Assembly: GCF_009914755.1 (NCBI RefSeq)
Contig: NC_060936.1
Length of the DNA: 64,000 bases
Strand: one strand, 5' to 3'
Source: the human T2T-CHM13v2.0 reference genome, Homo sapiens
Below are positions 1 through 11,790 of this stretch, one piece after another. Position 1 is the first letter of the stretch, and each line of letters opens with the position of its first letter. The notes under the pieces were generated by a model. That model had not been told where the DNA came from and searched no databases. It saw nothing but the letters and a program-made list of their open reading frames with translations. Made by a program: the position numbers and the translations under genes.

Positions 1-928
1 AGAGACCAAAAAGACACCTTTTTCCCCAGTGCTTTTTAGACTGACTATGCTGCACGGTAACTGGAATTTTAGTAATATTTCAGACTTGTTAAAGATTAAG
101 CAGGCTTTTTGATGGAGCTATATTTGTTCTCTTCTCTCTAGTGTCTCTATGATGTACCCTAGTGGCCATCAGACATCCTAAATTGTGAGTCCTGTATATT
201 AATTATAAGGGGAGTGTCTATAGTAACCTATCAACACCCAACGGTGCTCAAGACTGAATGATAAACAGTGACAGATTGATTCCTTGCTTCCGGTGTTTAC
301 TGGAGAAACAAACATTAATCCTCTTGCAGTTATCACCTATGGAGCTTCCTACTAGAAGGTTCTATGACTTCAATGAAGGATATTTACATACTATTATCAG
401 ACTTCTCCAAGGCCTATAAACTATTGTGCATTTCTATAAAATAGTCACATTTGCTACATTTATAGGACTTCTTGATAATAACGATACAACTTGGAACAGA
501 CATGATTACATCTCTAAAGTGACAGAGGTATATGAAGGAAACACATAAGGAAGTAGGGGTCAAGCCAGAAAAAGTTAAGGCACCCTCTGCCACTCCCCAC
601 TCCCACTGAATCAACCATCTCCCTCTTCTCCACAGGTAAAGGGCTTATGTGTGTTTGTGTTGTGTACACTAGAATACAGGGTAGAAAATGCATCTAAGTC
701 AGCTTAAGTAATCATGGATACAAAAGCCTGTTACTGAAGTAATTGTGGAAGCAGGGTTAGAACCTCCTGTTCTAACTCTAGCTATGCATAGCCCACTTTC
801 CAAGGTTGAGGGTCAAAGTGACACTTGCTGCTATCACTGCCTCATCATGACAGATGTAAATAATAATCTTATTTGGGGAATATGTACCAAAGTACAGACA
901 AAAAAGGGCTATGAAAACAGGAGTGTGG

Positions 929-1418
<490 letters not shown>

Positions 1419-1449
1419 TCACACTGCTTCCTCTAGCATCTTTTCTCTC

Positions 1450-1660
1450 TTTTTTTTTCTGTTTGTTGTTTTGTTTTGTTTTGTTTTGTTTTTTGTAACC
1501 AGGTAAAAGCAGGAACACAGTCCCCCATTACCACAAATTATGCAGGCAACATTCCAACATTTGGGGAAATCGCAGGGGCCAGCACATCAGGTGTGCAATG
1601 GATAAGCTTCACCCAGAGAAAACTATTCATTATTAACCATAACAGCTGGATGACAAGATA
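1450..1660 (-). pseudogene. U1 snRNA processed pseudogene with A-rich tail
   Basis: The reverse complement of 1500-1623 aligns without gaps to the 3' ~124 nt of U1 snRNA (about 18 mismatches against my recalled U1 sequence). It includes AUUGCAC (1593-1599) and the Sm site AAUUUGUGG (1531-1539). The 5' ~35 nt are degenerate. An A-rich tail lies at ~1450-1494. Confidence 0.92.
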
Positions 1661-4551
1661 TTTCCTTTAAAATATTTCAAAAAGGTTCCATTCTTGAGGC
1701 TGCACTCAAGGTCAACAGCCTCTTCCTTGCTTCCTGCTGAACTCTCTTCTGAGATCACTCCCAATCATCTTTTCAAATTAAAACCAAGATTTTGTCTCTC
1801 TTTTTTTCAGTTTGGTTAAACCTTTTTTTATTACAATTTTCTGTTCGTAATGCTGTGCAGATAAAATAGACATTAACTGATTCTTACTTTTCTTTGCCTT
1901 GGATTATATCACATCTCTTAGATGTTTATTGGTGTTGTGTGAAGCATACATTTTAAAAATAAACATCAAAAGAAAGTTTAATTACATAGAAGCAGAAAGA
2001 GGCAGGATCAATATATTTGGATATTATTCTATAAAATTCTCAGACAGCTTGGCATCATTGATTATATCCCACAGCTTCAACAAGAAAAAAATTATCTGAA
2101 AGAATTTTAGCACAATATAGAGATCAATAGAAACACAGAGGAGTGACCATAAAATATAATTCCTCTTCTGTGCTTTAAAAAGTTAGAGTCATAGGCTTTG
2201 ATTATCTGGCAAATGCTCGCAGGCATGTAAGTCAATTTAAAATATGGTATTTATTCCTTATGTATTAGAGACAGAAGAAATCAGAAATGTTGGCACCAGA
2301 GAAAACAAATTAGAGGGAAACAGAAACATGTATTTTCCCTTACTGAAATGGTGAGCAGGGGCTGTGTTATGTTTCAATAAGCTTTTCATTCATGCACTTG
2401 TTTCAATCTCTCACCCCTAAGATGTATGTAAAAAATTCAAAAGACAAGTCTGGGCTGAGGGTAAAGCAGATGGTATCCATTTTCTTATGATAGAAGGGAA
2501 AAAAAGCTACAGCAATTATAGATTCAAGTCTCCTTCCACTTGCAAAATAGAAATTTTCTAGTGCTCAACCTAAATATTGTGGCCTCATATTTAGGAGTTT
2601 ATAAACAGACGCTCTGGGCTTCAGACTTCCTGTGAGTTAGTCTCTAGGACTTTTAAAGAAGCTATGTAGGAACTGGTAGAATATTTGATATCTCCCTAGC
2701 TTCAAGGACTCAGACTATCCATATGAATGAGGGGGAAAAGTTCCACTTTAGAATCACTGGCAGGGCTATAACTAGGTCGGGGTGATCAGACTCTGCCACA
2801 AAACACCCACATTTAGACAGCACGAGTTTAAGCAAAAACAAAACAGTTTAAGGCAGTGTAAAATTTTGAGGTCCTCAGCGAATTTCCACACTACCTCTCT
2901 AGTCACAATGCTACTAGCTCAACTCTGGAGCCAAGGCAGCTCTCCTGGGAGAGGACAGAGACTGACGGTGCTAAAAAGCCAAGGTTAAGGGTAGAGAGCA
3001 CTCTGCCCTTTTACATCCTGAGAGTGTGGGGATAGGGTCATCTCCTTTCAACTTGCCTCACCCTCCTCCTAGCACATAGTGGAATGAAGTTGCTAGTTAT
3101 GTTTACTGCTGACTTTATTAGAGGTTTTGACCTAGGTTGCCAGGCCTTGAAATTGTTAACCCACTTCTACCACTTCCACCCCTGACGTGTGCCCAATAAA
3201 AGTCATATAACCTGAGAGTCGACCTATACGACGGGAAGATAAAGAAAAAGCACAACATTACTCTCAGTCCTTATTCCTCCACAAGTTTGCGTCAAGTTCA
3301 CATAAACGTCCTTACAGCTTTTGATCTTTGGAATTCTACAAACATAGAGAATATATTACCTGGTGCTGGTGGGAAAGTATTTACACAACACAATGAACAT
3401 TTCCTAAAGTTTTCAGTGGACTGGTAACATTCCCCTCCCCCTTAGGTCCCTCCTAACAAGTATTTGTCAGTGAAAAATTTCACAAAGTCAATATTTCAAC
3501 CACAGAAGTTAAAACTCTGGATGGCTGACTTTTTATTAATAATCAAAAAATGTATATAATAAAGTTATAAAACTGGAATATGTAGCTGCTGACGAAAAGA
3601 AATGTTATCAATATTGTTTCCATTTTGGATCATCTATAACACTCTTGTAAAGCCTTTGACTAATCCAAGGGTATTTTTGGCAAATTTAAAATCCCAGGAT
3701 TTTTTCAGTTATTTTCCATTTTAAGCCATGTTGTCCAGATTGCTTCAGGTACAAGTTATATATAGCCTAAACAATTTTTTTTAGCCAAGAGAAAGACATG
3801 AGACATCACAAAGCCAAACACAGTATTGTCTGAACATGTGCCATTTGAGATCATTTACTTCCTACCCTTGTGAAGACAGATAAAAGTGAACTATACAGAA
3901 GCAAAATCCAGTGAGCACTTCCTTAACTTCTTGTATGAGAATTATGCAGTTTAGATGTGCAATTTTGTATAAACTTTTGGCAAAATCCTCTATACAAAGC
4001 ATATGTGTCTGTGAGTCATTGTCCATATAAAAATCTTTCATATAAACATTACTTTTCTTAATTATGGAATGACTTAATCCTTCACCTACCTTCATGATCT
4101 TTGGAATCAATGCAGTTCTCAAATCGAGGCTAATAAAAACTAAAATTCTATCAGGGTACTAGTTTTTAGTCTCTTCACCCTTCCTTTTGCCCCTATGGAT
4201 CAGCCTAATTTTTATGACTACACAACAATTTTTTTAATTAGTCTGATGGTACAAAGTGATGCCCCCTCTTGGCAGGTGCATCACCAAAAGTGATTAAAGA
4301 TTTTCTTATTGAATGTCTTCTAAGCTGAATTTTAAGAGTCAGTTATATCAAAATGTAACTGATCAAATCTGGAAAAGTACCAGGCCTAATTCTGAAGGTC
4401 TTAATTTCAGATAAACAAAGAAAGATAATGGGAGCTTAGAATTGAAGATCTTAATAATAGAGTATTCCAGAGCACTCTACAGGATGATTCTAGCGAGGTC
4501 CTTACTTAGGAACACATAGCACAGTTAAGGATAGAGATGCCTAACTTCATG

Positions 4552-4553
<2 letters not shown>

Positions 4554-4599
<46 letters not shown>
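4554..4599. repeat. (AC)23 microsatellite
   Basis: Perfect dinucleotide run, reading (UG)n on the mRNA strand. Confidence 0.97.
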
Positions 4600-4601
<2 letters not shown>

Positions 4602-4786
4602 CTATCTAACCAATTATGTCCAAAAGGCATATGTATGGTGTATCTAGTGAGTTGTAATCTACCATAAGAAAATATTTTCATTAAATTGTAGTCATATTTT
4701 GAATGCTGTGAGCATGTATATCTATCTTTAAGTGAAGACAAGGTGGAACAATCAAAATTTCATTTTGGTCTAATCCAGGTCTAATC

Positions 4787-5014
4787 CAGGTCTGAGATGT
4801 CAACCTTGATACTACTGACATCTCAGCCTGGATAATTATTTTGCTGTGAGAGGCTGACTTGTGCATTGTAAGATCTTTAGCAGGATCCCTAACCTCTACT
4901 AAGTACATGCTATTAGCACCCTTGAGTCATGAAAATAAAAAATGTCTCTGGTCTCCAGACATTGCCAAATGTCACCAGAGAGGGATAATGAATCACCCCA
5001 GCTGAGAAGAGCTG
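4787..5014. mobile_element. MER20 (hAT-Charlie DNA transposon)
   Basis: Matches recalled MER20 motifs (GGATAATT..TTG.TGTG; GTCTCCAGACATTGCCAAATGTC). 8-bp TSD GTCTAATC at 4779-4786 and 5015-5022. Confidence 0.85.
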
Positions 5015-5175
5015 GTCTAATCAAACATCACCAGCACTGGCCATTTCTGTTTTGCCTTTCAGAACCCACATGAAATAGTTTCACAAGTTTGTAAACTAAA
5101 CATTATATATAAATCTACTGCATAAATCTATCCCAGGCATCATAAAAAGATGAAAAATTTCCACATAATATTTTC

Positions 5176-5300
5176 TTTCTTTTTCTTTTCTTTTTTTTTT
5201 TTTTTTGAGACAGGGTCTTGCCCTGTCACCCAGGCTGGAGTGCAGTGGCACCATCTTGGCTCACTGCAACCTCCACTTCCTGGGTTTAAGAGATTCTAGT
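5176..5300 (-). mobile_element. 5'-truncated Alu (right-arm fragment)
   Basis: Poly-T followed by gagacagggtcttgccctgtcacccaggctggagtgcagtgg. Imperfect TSD cca(c/g)at(a/g)atattttc at 5161-5175 and 5301-5315. Confidence 0.9.
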
Positions 5301-5416
5301 CCAGATGATATTTTCAATGGAACTGTGATGTATGGGCTCTATGGAGCTCATTAATTACATTTTAACAATTAAAGTACTAATCTGAGTAACATTTTATTAA
5401 CTTTTATATGCGTTTT

Positions 5417-5527
5417 TGTTAAGCCTTTTATATTTTTAATGGTAGACTAGTAAAAATGTATTCTTTTTTAGGTAACTGCTAAATAACAGTAGCTCAAAAG
5501 AGGAAACATATTTAAAGTTTCACTCAA
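5417..5527 (+). repeat. 111-bp local direct repeat, copy 1 (likely donor)
   Basis: Ungapped match to 6470-6580 with 6 mismatches. Confidence 0.93.
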
Positions 5528-6469
5528 AGTGAATATTTAACACAATTTCTTCATGGTACATTCTCATTATGTTTTTGCTGCCGTATAGCAAACCAGTTCT
5601 CCAATAGCATCATTACTCTCGAATTCTTAACTTTCTAAGTAACATTATAATCTGCACTATCAACAAGTCATATTTTAAATTCTAATTTTTATAATAACCT
5701 CACTATTTAATTGCATTTAGAAATGGTCTACTTCAATGATGTAGAATTTTGCCAAGGGCTTTCCTATGTTTATGTCATGTTAAATTAACCCACAGAAAAT
5801 ACCAGCCATTATTGTTTACGTGGTAACATGGTATGCTGAGTTTTTACTGTTAAAATTAAACTAGAACTTTTTGGTACAGTTTACCTACAATTTAGTGACA
5901 TTTAAAATAAAAAAGAAATTGAACTCTAGTGTCACATTTTAGCTTAAGACATTCCAAAGTATGAAGACAACGAGAGGCTTCCCTTACCCTTCTCTGAAAT
6001 GTAAACACATTTGGCTGCTTGTAATCTGTCAGTAGAGTTTTCTTACTGTGTATCAAAGCTGTTGTAACAAGCCAAGTAGTCCTACCTGCTACTAAGGAAA
6101 TAAATAGCTACTAATTCACATTTCTTTACTTGTACAAACTATACCTTGTGTGACCACGCTCAACAGCAAGCCCATTCATGAGATTTTGGGTAAAATCAGG
6201 ATGAGTAAGACAATTCTGCTCATTCCGGGTAAGCATTTGGGGGTAAGACTTGCATCTTGTGCTGCTATGGGTATTATGTGCAGCAACCAGTGAGCTCGGT
6301 TGTCTTATATCAACATGTAATGGATAGTGCATAACACATTTGTGATTCTCCAACACTGGTTACAAATTTTTGCCATACCAGGTCATATGAGTTCAGCTTT
6401 CATAGTTGCACAGTAATGAGCTTTGTTTAACTTTGTGTGTGTGTATGTGTGTCTACATGTATGCATACA

Positions 6470-6580
6470 TGTTAAGCCTTTTACATTTTTAATGGTATAC
6501 TAGTAAAAATGTATTCTTTTTTAGGTAACTACTAAATAACAATAGCTCAAAAGAGGAAACATATTCAAAGTTTCGCTCAA
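6470..6580 (+). repeat. 111-bp local direct repeat, copy 2 (likely inserted copy)
   Basis: Matches 5417-5527. Flanked by the 17-bp direct repeat catgtatgcatacatgt at 6456-6472 and 6591-6607. Confidence 0.93.
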
Positions 6581-7055
6581 TTCATTCTTGCATGTATGCA
6601 TACATGTCCTTTACCTTGCAGTGAATATGCCACAGTAGATAGAAAAGGGATTTGTCTTCTGGTCTGTCTTCCACAGAGACTAAGCTTTTCATCAACGTGC
6701 TTTACTGCATTTCTGAACATTAAATTATGAAGACAATTATGCCAATTTACAAACAAATAATTCACTCATATTGGTAGTCTTTTGCACTAAAATAAAAATG
6801 ACAATGCAAACAGGCTTACATAATGCAGACCTAAAATTGGGTTTATGTCCTAAATTCTGAGGAAGGAAAGTGGCTCCTGTTATCCAGACTATGAAGCAAC
6901 ACAGTCTAAATTCAATAATGCTTCACATTGTCTCTGTGGACTTGACAAAAGAGGAAGAAGCAATTCTTATGTAAAATTTTAAAAATAGAGGGGAGCTATA
7001 GTTAATATAGACGTGGCTCAACAAATCACAATTATCAGCAGTAACATTTTGTATC

Positions 7056-7061
7056 TTTATT
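7056..7061 (-). terminator. Candidate proximal polyadenylation signal AATAAA
   Basis: Minus strand AATAAAgatacaaaatgttactgctgataa is followed by a GU-rich tract (ttgtgatttgttg), ~525 nt after the stop codon. Confidence 0.6.
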
Positions 7062-7584
7062 ACTCAGGAAGGGATTTTTTAAATCTACCCACCCACTTCC
7101 CCAAAGAGGGCAAAAATAAATAATAATTTTTTTAAAAAACCTACGGTTCTAAAGCCAGTCTTAATAAGACAGGTTCTTATTAATATTATTAAGCCAGTTT
7201 GTGTTGACAATCAGCAACACTTTTACCCCAACATTTTCTTTGTTCTACCTTGATTGGTTCCTCAGCCCTAACAACTCGAGTCTGTCTTGTTTTTGAACTG
7301 CATCTTCTAGATTTGAACCATGTGCTTTACCAACAGCATTTCACCAGCATTTTACTAGTTGCAAATCTGCCATGTGCTATAAAGTATTTCATAGGATGTT
7401 TCATTTCTTATTTGTCCTCCAAGCCAACGCTGAAAGTAAAGTTTTGCTTGGATCTTCATTGCTCCTTTCCTGTTTTTCCAAGGGCCCATGCAAACTCATG
7501 AAACAACTTGACCATTCCCTCTTGGAGTCACATAGAAAACCTAACAAAAATACCCTGGTTCAGTCCTTTCTTCTTCCATTGTTC

Positions 7585-8071
7585 CTAGGAAGTGGGCTGG
7601 AGTGAGGTATCTTCACATGGGTCCAGCTGCATTCTCAGTGCACCGATTTTATGAAGATACCAGAGTTGGAGAAATTCCTCGGGCATGGCATGGAAGCCAG
7701 AAAAGGGTAAGACGTTGTCATAGTAGTGGTGGCTGATGGGCTGCTCATGCATATTCACAGAGAAGGGCCAGAAGCCATAGATGGCCACCTCTTCACAGAG
7801 ACCCAGAGCTGCGCTCACCAGAAAAAGTCCTGTGGACAGGCGCTTGGCATGGATTCCTCTACTTTTCCAGAACTTTCCAATGCTACGCAGAAAGTTGGGG
7901 TTGGCAAACAGCACTGTTTGATTGGCACCAACATCTGACAGTGTATAATAAACCCTCAAAGATGGCTCTGTTCCTGTCTTCATAGAAAAGGCAGGCATGT
8001 AGATGTAACTGTGGTTATAGATTTTCATGTTGTCCACAAATGTCTTTCTGGACCACAGAAGGTTCTGAAAC
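7585..8071 (-). CDS. ST8SIA1: ST8SIA1 last coding exon (exon 5), 487 bp including TAG; sialylmotifs S, III and VS
   Basis: Acceptor ttttttttttcttcaatag|G TTT CAG. Translation FQNLLWSRKTFVDNMKIYNHSYIYMPAF...RLSTGLFLVSAALGLCEEVAIYGFWPF (motif S)...HHYYD (motif III)...HAMPEE (motif VS)...CEDTSLQPTS*. Stop TAG at 7585-7587. Confidence 0.98.
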
Positions 8072-9568
8072 CTATTGAAGAAAAAAAAAACTGTTCAATT
8101 AAACCTAGAGAAAAAGAAACTCACCAAAACCCACTCTGTTGTCTTCTGGTGGCCCTGATACCTCAAATCATCTCAATGAAACACATGAAAAACACTTTAT
8201 TTGTATTTAAAATCCTCCTTGAACTTATCAATTATCTCTCATCAAATAGCCTGACTTTTTCCCTGACCCCAACTTCTTAAAACGCAGTTAACATTTGTTA
8301 ATGGGGCTCCCTCTAAACTAAAATGCATTATACATTTGTTCTCTCCCAGAACGTTTTTGCCTGAAATGGAAAACGGTTTAATTCTCATAAATTCCTGAAG
8401 GTTGTTGGCTGGGATTTTGATGAAAGGTACTTAGGTGGTCTAACATAACCACAAGACTGGTTTCTTCATCTGCAAATCAAAGGAATCACTTCTAAGATAC
8501 CTCTCCCCACTGAAATTCTATGATTCTATAAATATTCAGATTCATCAATGCTACAACTATAATATTACATGGAAAAAGGAAAGCTTGTTACTATTACAAA
8601 ATGATGCAGGGAGTTGCCCATATTGCTTGCTCCAAAGAACTCTACTTTCCTATGTTCTTTCAGTTTGGATTACATGAAATTCTAGTGCAGTTGTAGAAAC
8701 AAAGATACAAATAAGTACAATAGAATGTTCTAAATACAATGTTGATACTTGTATAAAGTACTATGGAATACAGATGAAAAAAATAATTCTGCCTGGAAAG
8801 AGGGAGTGTGGTCCAAGAAAGCTACAGAGTGGGAATAACATTTAAATACACTTCTTATAGGGAAACAACAGAAAGAACAGCAACTAAACTCGAAGGGATA
8901 CTTTGGTTACAGGCAAGAGTACGCAATATACTGAGGCAATGACAAGGATTCCCTGTCCCTAGAATGTAGGAGGTGCTAATGGCGGCAGCAGTGGCTGAAG
9001 ACAAGGCATTCTTCGAAAAACGTCTTATATCTGTTTTGTTTGTTAGAACATCACTCTGTGGTGACAGGAAATCTTCACAGCAGTGACTGCTTACAGCACT
9101 TATGGCAACTGTCAGTCTGTGTAAAAAAAAGGTACTCTAATAGAATAGAAGATTACCTTGGAAGGAAGAGGCTGGTAGCCTGGAGACCAGGTAAGAGGCT
9201 GCTAATACACTCAAGTTAAAAAAAAGAGAGAGAGAGAAAGAGAGGGAGAGAGAAGGGTAGAGAGAGAGAAAAGCAATGACCTAGATTAGGGCCTTGCAAC
9301 TTTTAATTCCTTTCACCATGGGAGCTGCCCATCTTGGGTTATATGCAGGTGGAGCAGCAGCATCAAAGAATAAACTGAGCCACAACTAGCAGAGGAAAGT
9401 CTGGCCTGACATGTTGGCAGGCTCATCATAATTATGTGAAATTAAAGTTCTGAATACACAAATCCACAGGATTGTATGTAGCAATCAGCATTATTGACTC
9501 TGCCTGCCCAGAAAGGTATGTTTCTCAAGGCCAGAAGGAAGGGAAATCTCTCAAGTTGTCTTCATGTC

Positions 9569-9610
9569 CTTGATCCAGTAGCCTGCTTTCTTGATCCAGT
9601 AGCCTGCTTT
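9569..9610. repeat. Perfect 21-bp tandem duplication (CTTGATCCAGTAGCCTGCTTT)x2
   Basis: Read directly from the sequence. Confidence 0.95.
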
Positions 9611-9883
9611 ATCAATTTTTCCCTGGGTCCTGATACAGAAGTAATAACAGGGTCTTTAGGTAGATTCACTTTAACTTAGAAGAAGCCATGGAAGCACATT
9701 CAACCATATCTGGAGCTGGGCCAGCCTCTCCAATACAAATTCCTGCTTCCCAACTTCCAAATGGGCTCTGCTTAGCAATTCCTTTCTTCCATCGCCCACC
9801 CATATCTTCTAATATGGGTGGCACTAATGCTTTCCCAATCATATAGACACACTGTGTAGATAACCTGCTACTCCATTTGAGCC

Positions 9884-10015
9884 ATTGGTTCTCACACTTT
9901 AGTTAGAATAACCCAGAGAGTTCACTAATATCACAGCTTCCTGGGTTCTGATGAGAGTGATCCAGGGGCTGAATTTTTACCTAGTACTCCTGGGTAATCT
10001 GACACAGGTGGGACA
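9884..10015. mobile_element. MER5-like DNA transposon fragment
   Basis: Starts cattggttctcacacttt..ttagaataacc, resembling the MER5 terminus. Degenerate. Confidence 0.5.
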
Positions 10016-10280
10016 TACTTATTTAGAAGATCAAAGCATCAGTGTAAGCTGTCTGGCTTTCTGCATCCATCTCTCACCACCTTTTTCTTTACATCTTCTA
10101 ATCACATCCTTGCTGCCATTCTAAGAAGTGCTCCATCTTCCCCTCTGTATCTTGAGACAAGCTGTTTCACATATCCTAAAGAACTCATGTTCCAAAGTGG
10201 ATCTCTCCTCTTCAAAAAAAAAATCAACCTCTCCATCTCAACTGAATTATTTCCTCTGTCTTCTAAATACGGTTAGAACT

Positions 10281-10392
10281 TTCCCCTTCAACGCTACTAA
10301 GGTATATTTTACAAATAAAAATCGTGTATATTTAAGGTATGTAATGTGGTGTTTTGATATGCACATACATTGTGAAATGATTACAACAAGCA
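10281..10392 (-). mobile_element. Short L1 3'-end (L1MA/MB-type) insertion
   Basis: Reverse complement taatcatttcacaatgtat...ccttaaatatacacgatttttatttgt is typical of an L1M 3' end. 10-bp TSD ggttagaact at 10271-10280 and 10393-10402. Confidence 0.8.
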
Positions 10393-11668
10393 GGTTAGAA
10401 CTAAAAAACTCTTCTTAATATGCTCATACCGTTCCCAGTGCTACATTCTCATTCTGTCATTTCACCATCAACCTTCTAGAGCAGTTAGGATACCTCTATT
10501 GCTTTCCTTGCTTCCTTCCATTCCTCCTTATTCCTGTACAGAATGGCTCCCATTTCACAGGGCCCTGCTGGCTGATGGAACTGATCCCTGTCTCTGTGGA
10601 CTACATACTAGCAGAGAATTACACACTGCTTCAATAAAGTCAAGATGATTGATTTTGTGTTTCCTGTCTTAAAGCCAACTGATTAGTCTTGAAGGGAGTA
10701 GTTTTCCCTTTCTGTGTTTTCACTTTGAAAAGGAACACACAGCTTGAATTTACTATAGTCCTAATTTTATTGACAGTTATTATTTTTACCTCTCCCATTC
10801 TGTGACAAATGACATTATTATTTAAGAATTAGATTCAATTCAATAATTGTTATGGTATACTGAATATGTTTAATATTACCCTGATCAAGAGTTTAATGGG
10901 GTTGGTATTGAATTTTATTACATTATTACAAAATTAAGCTGGAATTAGAAAAGAGTGGTGCTCCAGTTTGTCTCTCCAGCCTCATACTCAGCTACTCCTC
11001 ATGTCCTCACCCTATGCTCCAGCCATCCCTGTGTGTGTACCTGTCCACAATTTTTATTGCATATATTCATTTTTGCTGATCTAGTCATTGCCCTGGTGAA
11101 GTTGTGCCTATAAATCAAAACTCAACTTAAGCTTTCCTTTATTAGGCTTATTCCTTCCTTCCAACTTAAGCTTTCAAAAGTCTTCTTTGAATTCCTGAAT
11201 AATAATTGCTCATACTCTCTAAGACTATGTACTCCTTGAAAACAAAGGACAAGTTCTATTCATCCTTTAATTTTTATAACGTAGCTCAGAATATTTGTGT
11301 ACTATATGAATAAAAAACTACTAAACAGTAATTTTTAAAAATAAAAAAGAAATCAGACCAGCCTATGAATTAAAAATAAAAATGAAGATCAGCCCATGAA
11401 TTATTAAAATAGAAATGATTAATTTATAATCAATATGAGCATAAAAGGAAAAACAAAAACAGAGTGGAAAGGACAAAAGTATAGCACATTTTATAAAGGA
11501 ATTGAATACATGATAATGGGGACAAAACCAATAAGATTTTTTAAATTACTTAATAAACAATATTGAGATAGTTAGCTAACAATTTGGAAATCTGAGAGGG
11601 AACAGATTCATACTTCACGAGACAATTACCAAATAATTTTAAGATAAGTAAGATAGATATTTAAAATC

Positions 11669-11790
11669 TAGCTGGCACAGTGACTCAAGTCTACAATCCT
11701 AGCACTTTAGGCAGCTGAGGTGGGAGGATCACTTGAGGCCAGGAGTTCGAGACCAGCCTGGGCAACCATCTCAATAAATAAATAAATAAA
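11669..11790 (+). mobile_element. Free left Alu monomer (FLAM)
   Basis: Single Alu left arm ending in (TAAA)n, flanked by taaaatcta on both sides. Confidence 0.85.

Noticed and set aside
1500-1760. Functional variant U1 gene
   Set aside because: The 5' ACUUACC end is lost, there is no recognisable PSE upstream or properly spaced 3' box, and the A-rich tail indicates retroposition.
7161-7183. 9-bp-stem hairpin in the proximal 3' UTR; similar 10-bp inverted repeats at 19519-19542 and ~54668-54699
   Set aside because: AT-rich short stems are expected by chance in 64 kb.
7726-7938. 70-aa plus-strand ORF overlapping the last exon
   Set aside because: Antisense shadow of the ST8SIA1 coding exon.
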